A DNA stretch of 57,738 bases, filler included, from Rhizaria sp. SCN 62-66 (taxonomy: Eukaryota), in the NCBI GenBank assembly GCA_001724265.1. It is 2 parts of 2 records of this genome, joined end to end, with 100 filler letters (N's around TTAATTAATTAA, not from the genome) between each part and the next. Parts side by side here need not be neighbours in the genome. Positions count along the whole stretch, not along the records: positions 29,976 to 57,738 come from MEDY01000396.1; 1 more part is not named here. One strand, given 5' to 3'. A program made the position numbers and the translations under genes. Below are positions 54,937 through 57,738 of this stretch, in pieces (the stretch's first letter is position 1; each line of letters starts with the position of its first letter). The notes beneath the pieces were generated by a model. The model searched no databases, was not told the DNA's origin, and saw nothing but the letters and a program-made list of their open reading frames with translations.

Positions 54937-57267
54937 ATGTCGTTTTTCAAAAACTTGTGGTTTGGCAAGCCGCAACCTGACGCTACTCTTCAGGAGTATG
55001 TCAAGGGTACGTTACTCCTCTTCTGACACGCACGCACGCGCTTCCAACCCACCAACATCTTACGAGCTCCAGTCAGCCATATTGCGACTTTTTACCCGAA
55101 TGCGAACGTTCCTTCGACGTGTATTTTTATCTTATGCGAATATGTCTTATCCCTTTCCCTTTGCACTCATCTTTCGCTTCTGTACCCCTCGCCCGCCCAC
55201 GCACACAACGCCGTTTTTTAAAACTTCACGCCACTTGCGATGTCGCACACACGCACAATAGAGATCGACGCGCTGACTGACGTAATGCAGGACATGCGCA
55301 CCAAGTTCTCCGCCTACTGCAACGCCGTTGTCCACATCGGCACCACCGGTCTCGAGCTCGCCGACGGTGTCCACAAGTTCAACCAGAAGCACCGCCCCGG
55401 CCACCTCCCGTCGCTCTCGTTCGCACAGGTCCAGTACGCGTTCCGCGAGCAGCTGCGCCTTAAGTGGGCGCGCCAGTTTAAGGAAGAGGCGATTTACATG
55501 TTCGAGCACTGGTACAAGCAGTCCGAGGCGCAGAAGAACACCATCGCTAACTTCGAGATCGCCCGCCAGCACTGCCACCACCTCAAGGCGCAGCTTCTTG
55601 AGCTGCTCGACCAGCGCGCCAAGCTCGTGGAGAAAAACAAGCCCGTCCCGCCGACGCTGACAAAAGAGTCTGCGGACGCCGACCAGCAGTTCCGCAAGTA
55701 CTCTACCGCTCTCGACTCGATGCGCGCCGCTATCGTGAGCAACCAGCAGCGGCTCACGGGCCCCCAGGGCCAGTTCGTGTACTTCGACAAGGCCTTCGCG
55801 ACGCTGCTTGAGATGCAGGTTTCGCTCGAGCGCGAGATGCGCCGCGTCGTCGACGCCTACGAGCCGCTCATTGCCGCCGCGCGCCAGGAGCTGGGCGCTC
55901 CGAACAGCGGCCTCAGCGACAGAGCCGCCGCCGTTGGCGACGCACAGTTGCGCGAAGACGAGATGGCGATGACGGGCTTCGAGCGCCAGCTTAAGGAGAT
56001 GGCCGAGTTCGTCGTCCAGACCCACCTTGAGCAGGACGACGGCGGCGGCGCGGCGGCGTCCCCGCTCAAGCGCAACCTCGAGGTCGACGCGCTGCTGCAA
56101 CAGTTTGTGGCCTCCGCGCCCCCCACACCACAGGCCAGCGGCGACGGCGCCGGCGCGGGCTCCGGCCGTGTCGGCGGGCTGCGGCTGTCCCTGGGCGCCA
56201 CGGGGTCTTCCGCGGCCGGCTCCGGCGGCGCGGGCTCGGGCGACTTGCTCTCCGCGCCGTCCCCGCGCTTGCTCGCGTCGGCGCGCAAGAAGAAGCGGCT
56301 GTCGTGGGGCGTTAACGCCGGCGTGTCCACCGTCGACAGCCCGGTGCACGGCGCGACCCCGCTTAAGGGTTCGCTCGCCGAGCAGGCTATCGCCGAGGAG
56401 CCGGAGGACGGCGACAACGCGTCCGTCTCCTCCACTTCCGCCGCGGCCGCAGCCTCTGAGGGTCCGGCGCTGACTGGCGACGCTGCGACGCGCGCGCTCG
56501 CCCGCCGCTCTCTCGGTGCGCAATACGGCATTACAGACTCGCTGATGGAGACGGACATCGACGCGTATCTCGAGGGCCAGTTCGACGACGCTGCGGACGA
56601 GGACGACGAGCTTCACCTCCGTGCCGCCGCCGCCTCCGCCTCTGGCTCCGACCACGCGGTCACGGACGACAGTGCTGTGCATAGCGGCCTGCTCGCGCTG
56701 CCTTCCGCGCCGTCCACCGCGGCCTCCGCTCTCAGCACGCCGCTGGAGCCCGCCGAGCCTCCCGCCGTGATGCTGGCCAAGACGGCTGCCTGGCGCGACG
56801 CCGCCGACTCCGTATCCATGGCCGCCGGCGCCATCTCAGCCGCGGGCGACGGCCACACCGGTCTGCCCAGCGATGGCGCGGTTGACTGGCCCGCTGACCT
56901 CATCGTGCGCGACTTCGAGCTCCAGTCGTGGGAGTCCCGCGCGGGTCGTCGCAAGCCGCTGCGCGAGCTCCTCGCCACGCTTCAGCTCGCGCTGTGGCCC
57001 GGCGTGTCGTGGAAGGTCGTCACCATCGCCTCCATGGCGGGCTGGGCAGGCGTCGCGGCAGTGTTTAACCGCGCGTGGGCCGCCGTCGCGCCGGTGGCTG
57101 AGGCCGCGCGGAAGGAGCTCGGCGCCGCCGCGGCCGGGTCGCCCGCCACTGCGCTCGCCGCGCTCGGCGATAGCGCTGTCGGCGTCAAGTACATGACGGC
57201 GCTGCGGGTTGCGTCGGCGCTCGCGATCGCCATGGATGTCGAGGTGCGCACTGCCGGCGAGCTCTAA
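54937..57267 (+). CDS. ~691-aa protein: N-terminal BAR-like helical region, disordered middle, C-terminal auxilin-type J-like domain lacking HPD (exons 54937-55006 and 55262-57267)
   Basis: Exon 1 MSFFKNLWFGKPQPDATLQEYVK joins in frame through a GTACGT...TAG intron (55007-55261). The C-terminus W...RKPLRELLATLQLALWPGVSWKVV...VFNRAWAAVAP resembles the auxilin/GAK/Swa2 NIRALLSTL..VLW....W......YRRA.L.VHPDK region. The BAR call is inferred from helical pattern only. Stop TAA. Confidence 0.7.
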
Positions 57268-57343
57268 GTATTCACTCTCTAAGTATTTGCTTGCTCTAAG
57301 TATTCGCCCGCTCTAAATGCGCGCTCTAAGAACTCGCTCTCAG
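57262..57343 (+). repeat. Degenerate tandem repeat of CTCTAAGTATT (5-6 copies, ~13-17 bp period) beginning at the stop codon
   Basis: Exact copies at 57262, 57277, 57294; degenerate copies at 57311, 57324, 57337. Confidence 0.8.
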
Positions 57344-57667
57344 TTGTACTTGCGCTCTCTCTCGCTCGCTATGCTGTGTAGCATGCGCGCCCTTTTATGT
57401 AGTGCAGTTGCCTGATGCTAAGTCATGACTTGACTTGACTTGACGACCGTTCCGTTACGTAGACTCTATTCTCGATCGACCCACTATTTCGTTTTTTGAT
57501 CATTCCTGTTCTGTTTCACTAGTTCTTTGTTTTATTTTGTTGGATCACTCATGAGTAAAGTCGTTCCAAGAATAAATTGTACATTTTCTTTCTTCGTCTC
57601 CCAAAATTCTTAAGTTGTTCTGAATTGCAATAGTTTTGTTTAACCCCTATGTAGCGTCAACTAAAAA

Positions 57668-57701
57668 ACGCGATTTCGCGCTTTTTTTGCGACTTTGGCG
57701 C
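57668..57701 (+). promoter_or_regulatory. Two E2F-consensus sites (TTTCGCGC, TTTGGCGC) plus an ACGCG element in AT-rich intergenic DNA
   Basis: Exact TTTSSCGC matches at 57674-57681 and 57694-57701; the putative target gene lies outside the window. Confidence 0.4.
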
Positions 57702-57738
57702 ACTTTCGTAGAAGTTATCAAACTACGTGGTTTATTTA

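Overview
Compact, gene-dense nuclear DNA of a microbial eukaryote. Coding regions are GC-rich and Ala-rich, spacers are short and AT-rich, and the few GT-AG introns mostly have GTACGT donors. Genes in order: calmodulin-like (partial), DLST, an ELM2/PHD/ARID/UIM chromatin protein, a 4,904-aa SMB + ~27x IPT/TIG + Cys-rich + multipass-membrane surface protein, and its tandem paralog (frameshifted, cut by a 100-nt gap with an artificial TTAATTAATTAA linker). After the gap: a 3' gene fragment, an MFS transporter, an aldo-keto reductase, a ~2,000-aa PPR-like protein, a TMEM53/DUF829 protein, an expanded DDB1, COMMD3, SETD3-like, p24/TMED, and a BAR-like protein with an auxilin-type J-like domain lacking HPD. 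Main signal: two long genes (PPR-like at 38229-38231, DDB1 at 49120-49122) each carry one in-frame TAG inside otherwise continuous coding sequence, while the 13 gene ends I can define use only TAA (10) or TGA (3). This suggests UAG alone is read as an amino acid (variant nuclear code or readthrough); base-call error is the main alternative. All product calls come from my recognition of motifs, not from database searches.
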